A DNA stretch of 64,000 bases, taken from the NCBI GenBank assembly GCA_963788655.1, contig CAWBHS010000072.1:409250-473249 (forward strand), read 5' to 3'. Positions 32,873 through 43,754 of the stretch are shown piece after piece. Source of the stretch: an uncultured Verrucomicrobiae bacterium (GTDB lineage: Bacteria; Verrucomicrobiota; Verrucomicrobiia; Limisphaerales; JAFGQR01). Below the pieces are notes generated by a model. The model was not told the DNA's origin, did no database searches, and saw nothing but the letters and a program-made list of their open reading frames with translations. The translations under genes were made by a program, and so were the position numbers. Each line of letters opens with the position of its first letter. The first letter of the stretch is position 1.

Positions 32873-34825
32873 CTAAAATTCCCAGCGCCGTGTCCTGGCG
32901 GCGCCTTTGAGTTCGATCCAGTCAATCTCTACTGGCTGCTGTTGCGCCGGGAGATAAACGCGGAAAATGCCGAGCGGGCCTTTCGCCGGGACGGCAACCG
33001 TGACCGTCTGCCAGTCATTTCGTTGCAGGGTGAACGCTGCCGAATTCGCCGGAATCGGCTGGGTGCCGGGTGGAATCCACTCGACCTTGCCCGGCCCGCC
33101 TTCGGCAGAGTGAGCGCGGAATGTGACCACGGCCGGACCAGCAGTGCCGGCCCCGACACCCAGAAATGGCGAGTTGTTCCTTCCCTTCAGCGTGACAACG
33201 CCCTCCTTCACCCACGCTTCGCAATTGCGGGCCTTCCAGCCTTGGAGTTTTGGATCGCTCACGTCCTTGGCAGGTGCTTTGGCGGCGGATTTGGGCGACG
33301 CCTTCTGTCGCAACTGCGGCTTGCCTTCGTCTTCGGGATGATAACGCGCAGGATCGAATGCGGGATTGGGGACTGGGACGACCGCCTTGGTGTCGGTCAG
33401 GAAACGTGTCGATGAGCGCATCCATTTGTTTGACGCGCCCTGGCTGTTGCTTGGCGAGGTCGTCCTGTTCGCTTGGGTCGTTGCGCAGGTTGAAAAGTTT
33501 CCAGCGGTGGGCGCCGTTTTCGCCGCCGTAAAAAATGCGGATGAGTTTCCAATCCCCCTGATGGACAGCCACCGACGGCGGCAGCCAATCGGGCACTTTG
33601 GGATCGTGGGGAAAATAGGTGAATATGGCCTCGCGCTGGAGCGGTAGCCCCTTCAGCGCCGGCACGATGCTGATGCCGTCGAAACGCTGCTCCGGCTGCG
33701 GCTTCAGAGCCAGCATGTCCAGGATCGTCGGATAGAAATCGCAGCTTTGCACCACCGCGTCGCTGCGCGAACCTGGCGGCGTGACGCCCGGCCAGATCAC
33801 CACCATCGGCTCGCGAATGCCGCCTTCATAGACGGTGGCTTTGCCGCCGCGCAACGGCGCATTGCTCGTCGGCGTGGTGCCGTCAATTTCGTTATACATG
33901 TTGCCGCCGTTGTCGGAGAAGAAGACGATGATCGTGCGGTCGGCAATGCCCAACCGGTCGAGCGCGTCGAGCAGCGTGCCGACCGCGTCGTCCATGCTCT
34001 CGACCATCGCGGCATACGTGGGGCTGCGCTGCGGATTGTTTGGATTGGCGCGGGCGCGATACTTTTTAATAAGCGCCGGTTTCGCATCGAAGGGTGCGTG
34101 GACACTGAACATCCAATAATTCAGAAAGAATGGCTCGTCCTTGTGCTTCTCCATCCAGGCCGACGGCCTCTTTTGCCATCCGATCCTCGATGTGCTCGTG
34201 GGGCGTGTCGGGATCAAAGTCCGGGAAATTTCCACGGTGCCACGTAACTGCCCGCCGGGCCGGGGCCAGGCCAGTGAGGAATATCCACATCGAATCCCTG
34301 CTCCAGTGGTGAATAGGGCGGATGACCCAGATGCCACTTCCCAAAGTGCCCAGTGGTATAACCGGCGTCCTTCAACGATTCAGCCAGCGTGTAATAGGTC
34401 GTGTTCAGCCGGGTGGCCGGCTTGGGGCCCACTGCTTTCTCGCCCGGCGGCCCCTTCGTGCCCGGCGTCGCTTGCAACACGACCTGCGGCAGATGACAAT
34501 TGGGAGTGGTGATGCCGGTGCGTGCGGGACTGAGACCGGTCATGATACTCGACCGCGTCGGGGAGCACAGCGGACTGGCCGCATACGCATGGGTGAACGT
34601 CATCCCGCGCCGGGCCAGCCGCTCGACGTTCGGCGTTTGGTAAAAGGTCGTGTGGCCGTAAAGCGTCGTATCCGCCCAGCCCAGATCGTCGGCGAGGATG
34701 AAGAGGATATTGGGCGGTCGTTCGGCGGCGAATAAACCGACAGCGCCGAGAAGCCAGACCTGAATGGCAAGCAAAAGCCCTTTCCTGTTCAAGTCGAACA
34801 CGGGCGGCGGGAGATGAATGCTCAT
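32873..34825 (-). CDS. Cys-type sulfatase with C-terminal extension; frameshifts near 34250-34160 and 33400
   Basis: [46 protein letters not shown] across ORFs 34214..34825, 33015..34337, 32873..33421. Confidence 0.88.
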
Positions 34826-36222
34826 TGCAAGTCTTTACGATACTGCTCCCAGCGTGCCCGGAGTTGTGCGAGTGTTTCAGCATCGTGCGGTTCGGTGACA
34901 CGATTGTGCGCCTCGAGGGGATCGGAATCGAGATCATACAGTTCCTCGATGAGCGGGTCTTCGTTCACCCACCTGATATACGCCCAATGTTCCGTTCGCA
35001 CGCCTTCGCTGGGAGGCAGAATCTTTGGGCCAAAGTGGTGTTCGTAGAAAAATTCCGTGCGCCAATCCGAGGGGTGATGGTTCGCCATGAGCGGCACCAG
35101 ACTACGGCCCTGCATTCCAAACGGCGGCGTCACCCCGGCGAGGCTCAGCATGGTTGGTGCGAAGTCAATATTGAGCGTCATCGCGTCTTCGGTCCGGCTG
35201 CGGTGGTACGCTGGTTCACGCGGATCGAAAATGATCAGCGGATCGCGGAGACTTTCTTCATACATGAACCATTTGCCGGCTAATCCGCGGTCGCCGAGGG
35301 AATAACCGTTGTCGGAGGTGAAAATAATGACGGTGTTGTCCGCCAGCCCGCGCTCTTTCAACTCGGCTCGAATGCGGCCGACTTCGCGGTCGATGCCGCT
35401 GATGAGGCGGAAGTAATCCTTCGTGTTGTGTTGGAATTTCTCCGGCGTGTCGAAGCGCCAATGCCAGCGCCGCCGCGCTTCGGAAGTCTGGACCGATTTC
35501 GGCAACTGTTCAAAGTAAGCCTCGGTCGCCGTGGGCGGATGGGGTATGACGTTATCAGCGTAAATCGACTCATCGCGGAGGTCGGGGGTGAATTCGCGCG
35601 GCATGTGGTCCCGGGCGTGCGGCGCGATGAAGCTGATTGAAAGACAGAACGGCTGGTTGGTCGAACCGCCTGCCAGAAATTCCAAGGCCTGCCCGCCCAT
35701 GCGCGCGGTGGCGTGCATGTGCGTGGGATCGTCCGGTTGGATGAAATAGCGGCCACCTTGCCCTGCTAAACCGCGCCAGTAATCAAACTCCTTGGCCATG
35801 GCCGCGATGGCCTTGGCATTGCCCACGCCGAACTTGCCGATGAAACCGGTGCGATAGCCGTGCTTCCGCAACAAGGCCGGATACGTTTGCGCCCATTGCG
35901 CGGCAGTGAACGGTTTGGAAAAATCTCCGATCCCATGACGCCGTTCGTATTGGCCGGTGAAGATCGAAGCTCGACTCACACAGCAGATCGAGGTGGTGAC
36001 GAAGTGGTTGCGGAAGATCACCCCCTCGCGCGCCAGGTGGTCGAGGTTGGGGGTCTTGATATTGGGATCGCCCATGCAGCCGAGCGCATTCCATCGCTGA
36101 TCGTCAGTCAGGAGAAACAGGATGTTGGGTCGGGCGGGCGCCGGCTTGGGCGCATCCGCGGCGTGCAGGCCAATCAACGACGCCAGCAGCAACGTAGCGA
36201 GCGGTGGCAGCAACGATTTCAT
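34822..36222 (-). CDS. Cys-type sulfatase
   Basis: Signal peptide; [46 protein letters not shown]. Confidence 0.92.
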   Translation of the reverse strand: MKSLLPPLATLLLASLIGLHAADAPKPAPARPNILFLLTDDQRWNALGCMGDPNIKTPNLDHLAREGVIFRNHFVTTSICCVSRASIFTGQYERRHGIGDFSKPFTAAQWAQTYPALLRKHGYRTGFIGKFGVGNAKAIAAMAKEFDYWRGLAGQGGRYFIQPDDPTHMHATARMGGQALEFLAGGSTNQPFCLSISFIAPHARDHMPREFTPDLRDESIYADNVIPHPPTATEAYFEQLPKSVQTSEARRRWHWRFDTPEKFQHNTKDYFRLISGIDREVGRIRAELKERGLADNTVIIFTSDNGYSLGDRGLAGKWFMYEESLRDPLIIFDPREPAYHRSRTEDAMTLNIDFAPTMLSLAGVTPPFGMQGRSLVPLMANHHPSDWRTEFFYEHHFGPKILPPSEGVRTEHWAYIRWVNEDPLIEELYDLDSDPLEAHNRVTEPHDAETLAQLRARWEQYRKDLQ

Positions 36223-36419
36223 TGTCCGGTTCCTTTGTCGGCCCGTCGATGAGGATATGATGGCTTCGCGGCTTCCGAAAACGTGGCGAGCATCTTCGCA
36301 AACATCGTTAGGTACTTGGATCCGAAATCGTGTCATGGCTCCATAATGCCGGTACAGACGGTGCCGTCAACATCGAGGCATCGCACGTGTGCGACAGAGC
36401 AGTGTGTGTCAACGGAGCG

Positions 36420-38796
36420 TCATTCCTTCACCAGCGTCTTCCCCGTAAGGTTTTGGACTTTGATTTGGTAGTCGGGCGGCGCGACGAGGTGATAGATGAA
36501 TTGGTCACCATTCTTCTTCCACGCGACTTCAATCTTCCCGTCCGGCGTGGGGATGGAGCCGCGGCACCAGTCGAGTTGCACGTCGGCGAAACGTAGTTCG
36601 AGCGATTTGCCAATCGGATCCACGCGGTGCAGGCCGAGAACGTCGCGAAGGAACACGTGGGCGGCGTGCGAAGCGAACCCATGATTGCAGCTCGCGGTCG
36701 GCGTATCATTCTCCCAGAGCGTGCCGGTGCGCTCGACCATGTACAGCCAGTAACCAATCGCTTCGTCGAGAATCTGCTGGCTGCGCCCGTCGCGCGAAAG
36801 CAGTTCGAAGCGAAGTTGGTCGCCGATAAAGGCATTGGCCGGATAAACTTCGGGAAACGCCTTGGTTTGCTTGCGCTGCGGGCCGAAATCGGTAATCAGC
36901 CGATGCCAGAGTTTGGGGTGCGATTGGGGCGTGGCGACGTTAAAGAAGAAGGCGAAGTATTGGCAGACTTCCGTGTGGTTCGGCGTTACTTGCAATTTGG
37001 CCGTCCTTGCGCACAGCGTTGTCCACAAAGAACTCGCCGTCGAACGACTGTCGGCGAATGGTGTCGCGGACGCGAGCGGCTTTGGCATTGAGATCGGGCA
37101 AGCGGTAGAGTCGACCGGCGGCATCGAGCGTTCCCGCGTAAAGCATGCATGACGGATAGTTTACATCCTGCACGAACGAGTTGGCTTTGGACCATTCGAC
37201 AAACACCCAGCTTGGCAGTTTCTCCAACAGGCCGTCCGAGTTTTCGTACTGCTTCAGGAAATCGAGCAGTTTTAATACGCGTGGGCGCAAGGCTTCGACC
37301 AGTTCGCGGTCGCCGCTGCGGGCTGCGTATTCCTCCAGTTGCACCACAAACCACATCGCCCAGTTTGGGATGAACACTCCGTCGTTGTGGTCGCTGGGAT
37401 AACACATGGGGAGCATGCCTTCGGGCAAGTGCGCGAATTTCTCCGGGCGCTGGAAATTCTCGAAGAAATTCTTTTCGATCAACGTGTCGCCGCAAAGGTC
37501 GGCGGCCACGCGCGCGGTGAAGAAGCTGTCGCAAAGCCAGCCGGCCCGTTCGCGCGACGGGCAGTCCATGAAGATATCCACCGCGTTCTGCCGAAAGGTC
37601 TCTCTCGCCGCCTCGAAGATGCGGTTCAACCGTTCGTCGCTCGCCGCGAAACTGGCGTGCGTTGCCTCCGGATTCACCAACTCGCGCAGGTAACAGTCGC
37701 TCACTTCGCAATCCCCCTCGAGGACGATGAGCTTGAGATAGCGCAGGGTGTAAGGCTCGAACGTTTCGAACGAATAGCTGCCCGGTTCCAGTTCGTAGAG
37801 CACAATGTTGACGCAGCCGAGGCGTTTGAAGTCCACGTCGTGGTTGGAAAGAATTTCGTCGAACGTCACGAACAGCCGCGTCCGGGTTCGGGCCGTGACT
37901 TTCGCGCCGATGAACCCGCTGAGGTTCACTCCGAAATCGAGGATCCGATACGAATTGGCTTTGAGCGCAAATGGCATCGTGGCCTTCGCCGGACGGGCTG
38001 ACACGTTCTTCACCGCCTGCAATTCGATGGAGGGAATGGTAGCAAGTTCCGCTTCGGGGAACCCGGCCAGTTTCGGGCCAATGGCGGTCAACGAGCGATC
38101 CTTCCACAGGTTCTTCGGTAGCGCGCCTTTGACGACTTCGCCCTCGGTGACGTGCGCCACCGGTCGCCGCACGTCGAAGGTCGGATATGGGACGCGTCGC
38201 GTCGCCAACGGCTTTGCGTCCACGGACGCACAATGCGCCGGTTCGGCGGGCGGTCCGGGCAGCCGCCAGACTTCGGAGAACGGCCGTTGGAAACTGTAGC
38301 GTTGCACTTTCTGCACGCGGTCATGGCGGAGGGCAGCCCGGAAACTGTCCACACCGGTTGCGGCGAGCACTTGGCCATTGGCCACGACTTCGGCTTGGAG
38401 AAACGACGGCTGGTCAAGCAGGTAGTAACTGTTGGCGTTGTAGCCGGCGACTTCCACGACCAGTTCATTGCGGCCGGGATGCAACTTCGGCGCGATGTTT
38501 CCCTGGTCCACCCGATAAAACCCATGACCCGCGCGGGCCGGGCCGTGACCGGCGAACTGGCCGTTAATAAAGATTCGGTAAAGCGTGGCCCCGGCGAGGC
38601 GGAGTGTCACCGGCCCGGTCGCCGGTTTGTCAAACGCGGCACGGAACTCAACGAGCACATTGCGTTTGGTTTCCTTTCCTGCCGGCCAAACCGGACGCGC
38701 CGCTTGAAAGGCAGGCACCACTTCCGCCGCGCGGGAGGTTTCATCCAACGGAAATCCTGCGAGAAGCAGGAGGCACAAAGACATGGTTGGTTTCAT
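36420..38796 (-). CDS. GH78-like alpha-L-rhamnosidase, frameshifts near 37000-36945
   Basis: GHGPAR, LDFG.N..G, FMDCPSRERAGWLCD, FVEWS; then TLWE..SCNHGFASH..IPTPDG in frame of ORF 36420..37124. Confidence 0.85.
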
Positions 38797-38868
38797 CACA
38801 ATTATTTTTTAGCTGGCCGCTTCAAGGCGGGGAAGTCTGTTCTTCATCTCGAACGCTGCAATGAGAAA

Positions 38869-39060
38869 GGGGAGCGCGCCCGCCCCGGGCGCTGTGGTTG
38901 GCGTCTGGCCAACCACTTTCGAGGATTGCGAGTGACTCAATATTCAGTGATCGCTCAATGCTCTTTGTGAAAATCCGAACGCCTGTAGCCACCGACGTAA
39001 GGAGGTGGACCTTTCAGGCACTTGGTAATGGCGAGTCCGCCTCCTAACGTCGGCGGCTAC
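38869..39060. repeat. REP-like elements (double-hairpin copy and family B GTAG inverted pair)
   Basis: 38869-38916 double hairpin; GTAGCCACCGACGTAAGGAGGTGGAC 38985-39010 paired with 39035-39060. Confidence 0.8.
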
Positions 39061-39178
39061 CCTAATTAAACTCGTTCTCAGACACGAAACGCTCGCTAGC
39101 CGCTTGTGCCGAGCGCTCCAACTGGTAGCGGGAACTGAATGATTGCAGCGGTCCACGAAACATGAGTCAATCGGCTCC

Positions 39179-40555
39179 ATGAAAACCACCATGACTCGAC
39201 GCCAACTGCTCAAGCTGTTAACCGCCGCTGGCTTTGGCGCTCCTTTCGCCACCCGCGTAATCGCCGACCAAGCCGACCAGAATGCCCCGCGCTCCGCGAA
39301 GCCGGAGAACATCGTCGTGCCGGTGACCGCGCGCGATCTTTACCCCGCCCGATTGGTGAATGGCAAAGTCATTCAACCGGAGCGTCCGTTGGCCGTGATG
39401 CACGAAACCGACGTGCTCGTGGTTGGTGGCGGCCCGGCGGGATTCTCCGCGGCGGTGGCGGCAGCGCGGGCGGGAGCGAAGACGACGCTGGTCGAGCGTT
39501 ACGGCTACCTCGGCGGCCTTTGGACCGGTGGACTCGTGCTGCTCGTCTATCCGACCCATGCGACTGAGAACGGCGCGCGGACCAAGGTCGTTCGCGGAGT
39601 GGGCGATGAGTTGCTGGGCCGCATCGCCAAATATCCGAACGCCGCCACCAACTATGCCGCCGGCAAACCCGACCCGACCACCGATCCCGAAATCACCAAA
39701 CTCGTCATGGACGAAATGATCCAGGAAGCGGGCGTGAAAATGTTCTTCCATTGCTGGGTCGCTGACGTGGTTATGGACGGCAACGCCGTGTGTGGCGTCG
39801 TGCTGGAAAGCAAGGCCGGCCGGCAAGCGATCCTGGCCAAGGTAACCGTGGACGCCTCGGGCGATGGCGACGTGTTCGCTGCTGGCGGGGCGGAGTATGA
39901 GCAACGCCTGCACGCTGTCGGCCTGGTGCATCGGCTCGGCAACGTGGACCGCGCCGACCTGGCCCAGTTGAAGGAAGCCGGTTTCAAAAACCTTGGCAGC
40001 GTGGAACCGCTCCCCAGTGTACGTTGGGTGAACCTCCGCGGCCCGAGCACGGACGGACTCGACATTGCCGAACTGAGCCGGTTGGAAGTCGAGCATCGTC
40101 GCAGCATCTGGAAGCGGGTCGAGAAGATTCGCCAGACGCCCGGCGCTGACAAGGTGTTCTTGCTCCAGACGGCGCCGCAAATCGGCGTGCGCATCACGCG
40201 ACTGCTGGCCGGCGTGCGCAAGATGACCAACCAGGAAGCGCGTTCCGGCAAGCGTGGTCCCGACACCATCGCCATCGGTGGCACCTACGGCGCTGGTGCA
40301 AAAAAAACCGGTTTTGCCATTCCGTACGGCGCCCTCGTCCCCAAGAAGCTCGACAACCTCATCGCTGCCGGCCGGTGTCTCGACGTGGACACGCCGATGG
40401 TTGAAGACATGCGCCTCATTGCCACGTGCCTGTTAACCGGCCACGCTGCCGGCGCTGCAGCCGCGTTGGCGGCGCAAGACAGGTGCCGTCCGCGCGAGGT
40501 GGACAAGCCGAAGCTTCGGAAGTTGCTGCTGAGCCAAGGGGCGTACTTGGGATAA
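39179..40555 (+). CDS. Tat-exported FAD-dependent oxidoreductase (FAD_oxidored family)
   Basis: MTRRQLLK signal; VVGGGPAG, VERYGYLGG, VDASGDGD, IPYGALVP..NLIAAGRC. Confidence 0.9.
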   Translation: MKTTMTRRQLLKLLTAAGFGAPFATRVIADQADQNAPRSAKPENIVVPVTARDLYPARLVNGKVIQPERPLAVMHETDVLVVGGGPAGFSAAVAAARAGAKTTLVERYGYLGGLWTGGLVLLVYPTHATENGARTKVVRGVGDELLGRIAKYPNAATNYAAGKPDPTTDPEITKLVMDEMIQEAGVKMFFHCWVADVVMDGNAVCGVVLESKAGRQAILAKVTVDASGDGDVFAAGGAEYEQRLHAVGLVHRLGNVDRADLAQLKEAGFKNLGSVEPLPSVRWVNLRGPSTDGLDIAELSRLEVEHRRSIWKRVEKIRQTPGADKVFLLQTAPQIGVRITRLLAGVRKMTNQEARSGKRGPDTIAIGGTYGAGAKKTGFAIPYGALVPKKLDNLIAAGRCLDVDTPMVEDMRLIATCLLTGHAAGAAAALAAQDRCRPREVDKPKLRKLLLSQGAYLG

Positions 40556-40671
40556 CCAGGATTATTCCCGGTGTCTCCGTGCCTCCGTGGTTCATGTTCT
40601 TTGCCGTAGAAACGCTGCTGACACGAACATTTATTATTTCTCCGAAGGGCACGCTTGCTTAAGCTCGTGTC

Positions 40672-41928
40672 GTGACACCAACGCCATCAACCGAGTCCAA
40701 ACGACCGCGCCAATACCGGCTGCGGCAGATCGGCCGTTGGTTGGTGCTGATTGCCGCTGTCGTGCTGGTGTGGCCTCTGAGGCCTGAGTCTTCGACGTCG
40801 CTCTTCCTGCCGGCGCTGAGCCCGTTTATCGCGGTGACCTCAGCCGTTAGTGTGCGGGCCGTGGGGGTGCTGGCGTTGCTGGCGGTGCCCGTGCTGGTGC
40901 TAATGCTCATGTATCGACGTTGGTTTTGCCGGCACGGTTGCCCGGTTGGGCTGTTGCAGGAAATGGTGGAACGGCTTCGACCCAAGTCGCGCATGCGTTG
41001 GCGAAAGTGGCCGGCCATCGGTCCCTGGCTGGTGCTGCTGACACTTGGCGGCGCCGTAGTGGGCTATCCGCTTTTCTTGTGGCTCGACCCACTGGCGATC
41101 TTCAACGGCTTCTTTAATTCCTGGCGTCAACCCCTCGCCCTGGTCACGCTCCTGACCGGCCTGGGCCTGCCGTTGCTTTTGCTGCTGGATGCCGTGGTGC
41201 CGCGTTTGTGGTGCCAACGCATCTGTCCGCTCGGAGCTTCCCAGGACTTGTTGGCGTGGCCGCGACGATGGCTGCGCACTTCGTCGCGTTGCGCGGAACC
41301 AAACCAAGTGGACGGTCCCGCCAATGGCCCGCGCAGCCGACGCTGGTTTGTCGCGGCTTGCGCTGGCGCGGCGAGCGCGTTTGCAGTAAGGAGGCTCCGT
41401 GCGCAATCTTCACCGCCGCTCCGCCCGCCCGGCTCTCTTGACGAGCAGCGTTTCACCGGGGTCTGCGTGCGGTGTGGGAATTGTGCCCAGGTCTGCCCCT
41501 CAAACATCATTCAACCTGACTTTGGCGCGAGCGGCTTGGCGGGATTCCTGACACCGCAATTGCACTTTAAGACGGATTACTGCCGGGAGGATTGCCATCG
41601 CTGTGGCGAGGTGTGCCCCAGTAGTGCCATTGCCCGATTGCCGCTGGCTGAGAAACAGCAACAGGTCATTGGCCGGGCAGTCGTGGACCTGAACCTCTGC
41701 CTGTTGGCCCAAGGCCGCGAATGCACGGCATGCATTCAGAAATGTCCCTACCAGGCCATCGCGATGGAAAGCAGCGACGGTGGTTTTTCCAACCAGCCGA
41801 GTGTCATCCCGGACCGCTGCAACGGCTGCGGCGCCTGTGAAACGGTTTGTCCCACTCAGCCGGTTCGGGCGATGCAAGTCCACACCTTGGTGGGAGCACG
41901 GGTGTTGAATTTTTCGCCAAGGCCGTAG
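40672..41928 (+). CDS. membrane polyferredoxin (NapH/MauN-like membrane part fused to NapG/MauM-like 4Fe-4S domain)
   Basis: RWFCRHGCPVG and WCQRICPLG motifs, LRPPG, CVRCGNCAQVCP, CHRCGEVCP, CTACIQKCP, CNGCGACETVCP. Confidence 0.88.
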   Translation: MTPTPSTESKRPRQYRLRQIGRWLVLIAAVVLVWPLRPESSTSLFLPALSPFIAVTSAVSVRAVGVLALLAVPVLVLMLMYRRWFCRHGCPVGLLQEMVERLRPKSRMRWRKWPAIGPWLVLLTLGGAVVGYPLFLWLDPLAIFNGFFNSWRQPLALVTLLTGLGLPLLLLLDAVVPRLWCQRICPLGASQDLLAWPRRWLRTSSRCAEPNQVDGPANGPRSRRWFVAACAGAASAFAVRRLRAQSSPPLRPPGSLDEQRFTGVCVRCGNCAQVCPSNIIQPDFGASGLAGFLTPQLHFKTDYCREDCHRCGEVCPSSAIARLPLAEKQQQVIGRAVVDLNLCLLAQGRECTACIQKCPYQAIAMESSDGGFSNQPSVIPDRCNGCGACETVCPTQPVRAMQVHTLVGARVLNFSPRP

Positions 41929-41995
41929 CCGCCGACGTAAGGAGGCGGACCATACGTTCGCTGCGTTGGGTCCGCCTCCTTACTTCGGCGGCTAC
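41925..41995. repeat. REP-like family B inverted pair overlapping a stop codon
   Basis: GTAGCCGCCGACGTAAGGAGGCGGAC / GTCCGCCTCCTTACTTCGGCGGCTAC; TAG 41926-41928 is the polyferredoxin stop. Confidence 0.85.
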
Positions 41996-42014
41996 GGGAA
42001 CTTGGCCGACCGTT

Positions 42015-43391
42015 TCAGCCCGCTTCGGCCAGAGCATTCCACGGCGCGTGCCAGGTGATGGGCTTGAGCCGCGTGTTGGCTTCGTCGTCACCAATGAACC
42101 GTTCCCTGGCGGGATCCCATTTGAGTTGGCGACCCAGCGCAATCGCGATCAGGCTCAAGTGCGCGAGCGAATTGGTTCGATGACCGGCTTCGCAATCGTA
42201 AAGCACCGGCCCGCGTGATTTCACGCCATCCAGGAAGTCGCGTTTTTCGCTGGTCTTGTAGGTCAGGTGGATGTCGTTCGGTCCCGGTTCCCAATCCAAC
42301 AGCGATTGCGGCTGAACTTCGATATCGTTCGGATACTTGACTTGAATCCAACCCTCGGTGCCTTCCCAGCGGATCACCGGGCTTACCGTCTTGCACTGAA
42401 GCGTCACCCCGTTGGCGTAAGTGAAGGTGACGTCAAATTCGGAAATCACGTCCCAGAGATTTCCTTTCGGCGGGAATTTGCCCGTGCCCTCAACGGCGAC
42501 GGGACCGGTATGGTTGAGGTCCGGGCCCCAGAGGGCAATATCATTCAGGTGCGCCCCCCAGTTGGCCATCATGCCGTCGGCATAATCGCTGATGCATATC
42601 CAGCCGGGTCGGCCTTTCGCATCGTGCCGTGGATGGACGCGATGCAACGTGTAGGGACGGCGCACCGCCGGACCTTGCCACATCTCGTAATCCAATTCCT
42701 CGGGCACCGGCATGTCCCGCTGGGCCGCCAGCGTCGGATCCTTGGGCGTCATCGTGATGATGCGTTGCAGTTTGCCGATCTTGCCGTTGCGGACCAGTTG
42801 CGCGGCACGCAGCATCGTCTTGTTCGAGCGAAACTCGCTGTCGGTGCGGAAGACGCGCTTGGTCTTCGTCACCGTATCGCACAACAATCGTCCTTCCGCG
42901 ATGGAACGGGTAAGCGGCTTCTCGCAAGCCACATCCTTGCCGGCACGCAACGCCGCCACGGAAATCGGCACGTGCCAGTGGTCCGGGGTGGAAATCATCA
43001 CGGCATCGATGTCCTTCCGCGCGATTAGATCCCGCCAGTCCCGGAATGGGGCGCAGCCTTTGAAACTCCCAACGTTCTTTTGTTTGGCGTAGAAGGTATC
43101 GATTTGCTTGGCGGCTTCTGCCAGGCGCCAGGAATCGACCTCGCACACGGCTACCGCCTGCGCGTCCGGTTCCCGCAGGAAGCCGGGGATGTTCGCATAC
43201 CGACATTGGCGCCCGGTGCCAATAAAGCCAATGGTGATGCGGTTGCTGGGCGCCACCGCACCGTCCGCGCCCAACGCGGAGGAGGGCACAATCATCGGCG
43301 CGGCAATCGTCGTTGCGGCTGCGGTGGCGACACGTTGGAGGAATGTTCGGCGGGTCAGCGAAGCGGACGTGAGCTGTTTTGTTGCATTCAT
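42015..43391 (-). CDS. Tat-exported Gfo/Idh/MocA family oxidoreductase
   Basis: LTRRTFLQ signal, IGFIGTG, STPDHWH, ACEKPL, NWGAHLND. Confidence 0.92.
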   Translation of the reverse strand: MNATKQLTSASLTRRTFLQRVATAAATTIAAPMIVPSSALGADGAVAPSNRITIGFIGTGRQCRYANIPGFLREPDAQAVAVCEVDSWRLAEAAKQIDTFYAKQKNVGSFKGCAPFRDWRDLIARKDIDAVMISTPDHWHVPISVAALRAGKDVACEKPLTRSIAEGRLLCDTVTKTKRVFRTDSEFRSNKTMLRAAQLVRNGKIGKLQRIITMTPKDPTLAAQRDMPVPEELDYEMWQGPAVRRPYTLHRVHPRHDAKGRPGWICISDYADGMMANWGAHLNDIALWGPDLNHTGPVAVEGTGKFPPKGNLWDVISEFDVTFTYANGVTLQCKTVSPVIRWEGTEGWIQVKYPNDIEVQPQSLLDWEPGPNDIHLTYKTSEKRDFLDGVKSRGPVLYDCEAGHRTNSLAHLSLIAIALGRQLKWDPARERFIGDDEANTRLKPITWHAPWNALAEAG

Positions 43392-43461
43392 GACATGGAG
43401 CATAAATCCAAAAGGCGAACGGCGAAATCCCAAACGAGCCGCAACGATTCACTTGGAGAGA

Positions 43462-43746
43462 GGAGCGCGCCCGCCTCGGGTGCCGTGGTTGGCACCTCGC
43501 CAACCACGTTCGCGCATTCCGAGCGACTCACGATTCAGTAACTGCTCAGTCGCCGGTTGGCTGCGCCCGACGCGGGCGCGTCGTTCCCGCAGACCCTGCC
43601 GAACCTCGCGCCAGCGTTTGGAGTGCGTGGAGCTTGCTCCCGCTTTCCTTGCGACCGGGCCAGCGATGCTCCGGCACGCTCCGTCGTCGCCCCACGCCCA
43701 GCGGACAGCAAGTCCGCGATATCCCAGATTGGAAACCTACGCTACG
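43462..43746. repeat. cluster of REP-like elements from three families
   Basis: 43462-43506 double hairpin, 43606-43647 family A, 43700-43746 GTAGCGTAGGTTTCCAATC type on minus strand. Confidence 0.75.
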
Positions 43747-43754
43747 CTTGGCGG

